A stretch of DNA of 64,000 nt from Mobula hypostoma (taxonomy: Eukaryota): contig NC_086108.1 of assembly GCF_963921235.1 (NCBI RefSeq), positions 12,152,001 through 12,216,000 of the forward strand, written 5' to 3'. This document shows positions 61,251 through 64,000 of the stretch, piece after piece. The position numbers and the translations under genes are program-made. Every line of letters starts with the position of its first letter. Within the stretch, counting starts at the first letter, position 1. The notes beneath the pieces were generated by a model. It saw only the letters and a list, made by a program, of their open reading frames with translations. It was not told the origin of the DNA and searched no databases.

Positions 61251-63689
61251 ATGACTCAGATGCAACGCAAATTCGTCTACTGATATTGTTTGCTATTGCC
61301 TTCTTTGCGCGGTGTCTTTACAATCCGGGTAACTCCAGCATTATCAATACCATGGCACCAAGTTACCCCTTTGGAGGTGGGGGGTGCGGTCTATGCAGAT
61401 TCTACACCTGTACTGCAGGCTACCAGAGGAAAGAGCAGCTTCCTTTCCTTCAGCAGAGATGTATCTCCTCCCAGCATCTCATGATGTCATTGAGCTGATT
61501 CAGTGGGGCAAGTGACCTTCCTGTGCTTATAACTTGCATGTCTATATGTTATAAATCCCAAACTCGCTATGGTGTAAATGAACATACACCTGCTCTTGGA
61601 CAGGTGAATCAGGATGTGGTAACACCATGGTCAAGTATCTGCATCCATACAAACTAAGTTCAGGATCATAAATGAAGTGTCAGTAATTGTCACTAGGATA
61701 CTACAGACTGTTTCAAAATTCCTCCCAGTTTCTGCTTTTTTCTTTCAAAAAAAAATCTGCCATCCTTGCCAGAACTGTTTAGACCACACTTGGAATATTA
61801 GTTGAGTTTTGGTCATCTTATTATACGAAGGATTTGGAAGCTTTAGAGAAGGTAGGGAAGAGATTTACCAGGAATCTGTCTGAATTTGAGAGCATATCTT
61901 CTGGAGAATCATTGAATGAGCTTGGGCTTTTCTCTTTGGAGTGAAAGAGGATGAGAGGTGACTTGATTGAGACGTACAAGATGATAAGAGGCACAGAGCA
62001 AATGGACAGCCAGTGACCTTCCCCAGCAATGACCAATACAAAAGGACATAATTTTAAAGTGATTTGAGTATGGGGTGGTGTCAGAGTAAGTGGCAATTGA
62101 TAGATTTTTGATTAGTTAGAGTGTCAAAAGTTGCAGGGTGAAGGCAGGAAAATGAGGGGATGTCAGAGGTAAGTTTTTTTTACGCAGAGAGTGGTAGGTG
62201 CAGATGTGGTGAGAGAGGCAGATTCATGAGGGGAATTGAAGAAATTAGATGATGGGAAAATGGGGGACAATGTAGGAGGGAGGGATCACATTGATCATAG
62301 AGTAGGGTAAAAGGTCGGCACAACATTGTGGGCCAAAGGGCCGGTACTGTACTGTAATGTTCTCTGTATCGGACACTTAACTGCCAGTGATGTCCTTATT
62401 GTGGCTGAGTCAGTCACACAAAACTAGAATATGAGGGATCAATCAGTTTGTAGAAGTCTGCCCCAGATTTTTGAGGTTCCAATCCCTTCCCAGTGCACCT
62501 CTAACATCCAGACACTAAAGTATTTTGCTTTTCCATTTCCGGATTGGCATAAGGTTGCAATGGGGGAAGGTACAAATAGACCATAAAACAATAGGACCAT
62601 AAGATATAGGAGTAAAATTAGACCATTTGGCTCATCAAATCTGCTCCATCATTTCATCATGGCTCATCTATTTTCCTTCTCAGCCCCAATCTCATGCCTT
62701 CTCCACATACCCCTTCATGCCCTGAACGATCAAGAATCTATTAACCTTTACCTTAAGTATACCCAAAGACTTGGCCTCCACAGCCGCCTGTGGCAACGAA
62801 TTCCACAGATTCACCACCCTCTGGCTAAAGAACTTCCTTCTCATCTTCGTTCTAAAAGGACATCCCTGTATTCTGAGGCTGGGTCTTCTGGTCTCAGACT
62901 CTCCCACCATAGGAGACATTCTCTCCACATCCGCTCTATCAAGATCTTTCAACATTCGATAGGTTTCAATAAGAACCCCCTACCACCACCACCATTCTTC
63001 TGAATTCCAGTGAGTACAGGCCAAGAGCTATCAAACACTCCCCATATGATAAGCCTTTCAATCCTGGAACCATCTTTGCGAACCTGTATGAAAATAATCA
63101 AGCACTCCATTTTTAACAACATTTCTGCATTCTTCAGCCACTCTCTGTCTGGGAGGCACGTGCAGAAGGAAGATAGAAAGGGTACAAGACCCACAGAGCA
63201 AGTGGAACGAACTTGCTTCCCCGAGTTCACAAACTGCCTGTTTAGTAATGACCAGCGACCGATATAAATCAGAAATGCATCAGATTGACATTTCATGTCG
63301 ATATCCAGACTCTTGCAGTAACAGGTTCCATAATGTGGTTCCAGAGACCTCTGGCTCAGAGTATGGCACCAACAACACTACACGCAAGGGCTGAGTTTGA
63401 TGTTGCCCTGATAAGCTTTGGCTTCTGTGCCCCAGGAGCATCACCAGAGTCTGCAACACTCTCCATTCCAACTGAGCTCACAGGATTTTTAATCAAATCA
63501 CAGCCTGCCTTTCCAAAACAAGGAGCGCAGGTAATGGAAGGCTAGCTTCCACAGCAACAACGTATGAAAATGGGGTATTGGTTTCTGTAGGTATGCTGGC
63601 AGCATTCTGATTCATCGCTCTCCTGATCCCATTACCATCTCCAGTTTATCACTTCTTGCCCCATAACCAGTGCAGTTGGGAGTGAGAAA

Positions 63690-63820
63690 TGCAAGAGAAT
63701 CTGCAGAATGCTGGACATGCAGAGTAACACGTGCACAATGCTGGAGGAGCTCGGCAGGTCAGGCAACATCTAGGGAGAGGAATAAACAGTCAATGTTTTG
63801 GGCCATGACCCTTCGTCAAT
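63690..63820 (-). mobile_element. Penelope-derived terminal-repeat fragment with a degenerate hammerhead motif (63787-63819); further fragments at 36261-36360(+), 38815-38915(+), 56812-57022, 26365-26425(-), 7495-7555(+)
   Basis: Shared motif gatgctgcctgacctgctgagttcctccagc downstream of the hammerhead-like core. Confidence 0.8.
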
Positions 63821-64000
63821 GAGGTACCTTGCAACAGGGAACACCACAAAGCGTAAATCTACAGCACAGGTCAAAACAGAACGAACTTTGTTGAAAACAG
63901 TACCTATCTATTTAATGCAAAGTTAAAACTTAAAAGTAAGTTTACTATCACAGTCCGTATATCTCACCATATATGATGTTGAGATTGATTTTCTTGTGGG

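Overview
This is eukaryotic, vertebrate, repeat-saturated DNA. The CR1, HE1-like V-SINE, Rex1/Babar-like and Penelope repertoire points to a cartilaginous fish such as a ray, skate or shark (inference). I cannot confidently identify any host gene, and almost every ORF in the track is a decayed retroelement fragment or a tandem-repeat artefact. The largest structure is a ~10.9-kb decayed Gypsy LTR retrotransposon (42726-53620) with two LTRs, a tRNA-Pro PBS, a PPT, a PNMA-like gag and RT/RNaseH/integrase. It carries at least five nested insertions (probably six), several with readable target-site duplications. The window also holds a near full-length CR1 (ORF1 esterase, ORF2 APE/RT), many nested CR1 and Rex1/Babar-like fragments, three SINE types, two solo-LTR-like elements and four minisatellites. 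One of these is a ~3.9-kb array of 45-bp units interrupted by a young CR1 with a 25-bp TSD. The most interesting signal is a dispersed set of Penelope-derived elements carrying a minimal type I hammerhead ribozyme motif (six copies of one family plus one of another), including a 208-bp fold-back mini-element with a 15-bp TSD. A few host-exon candidates are flagged at low confidence. All coordinates and identities were read by eye.
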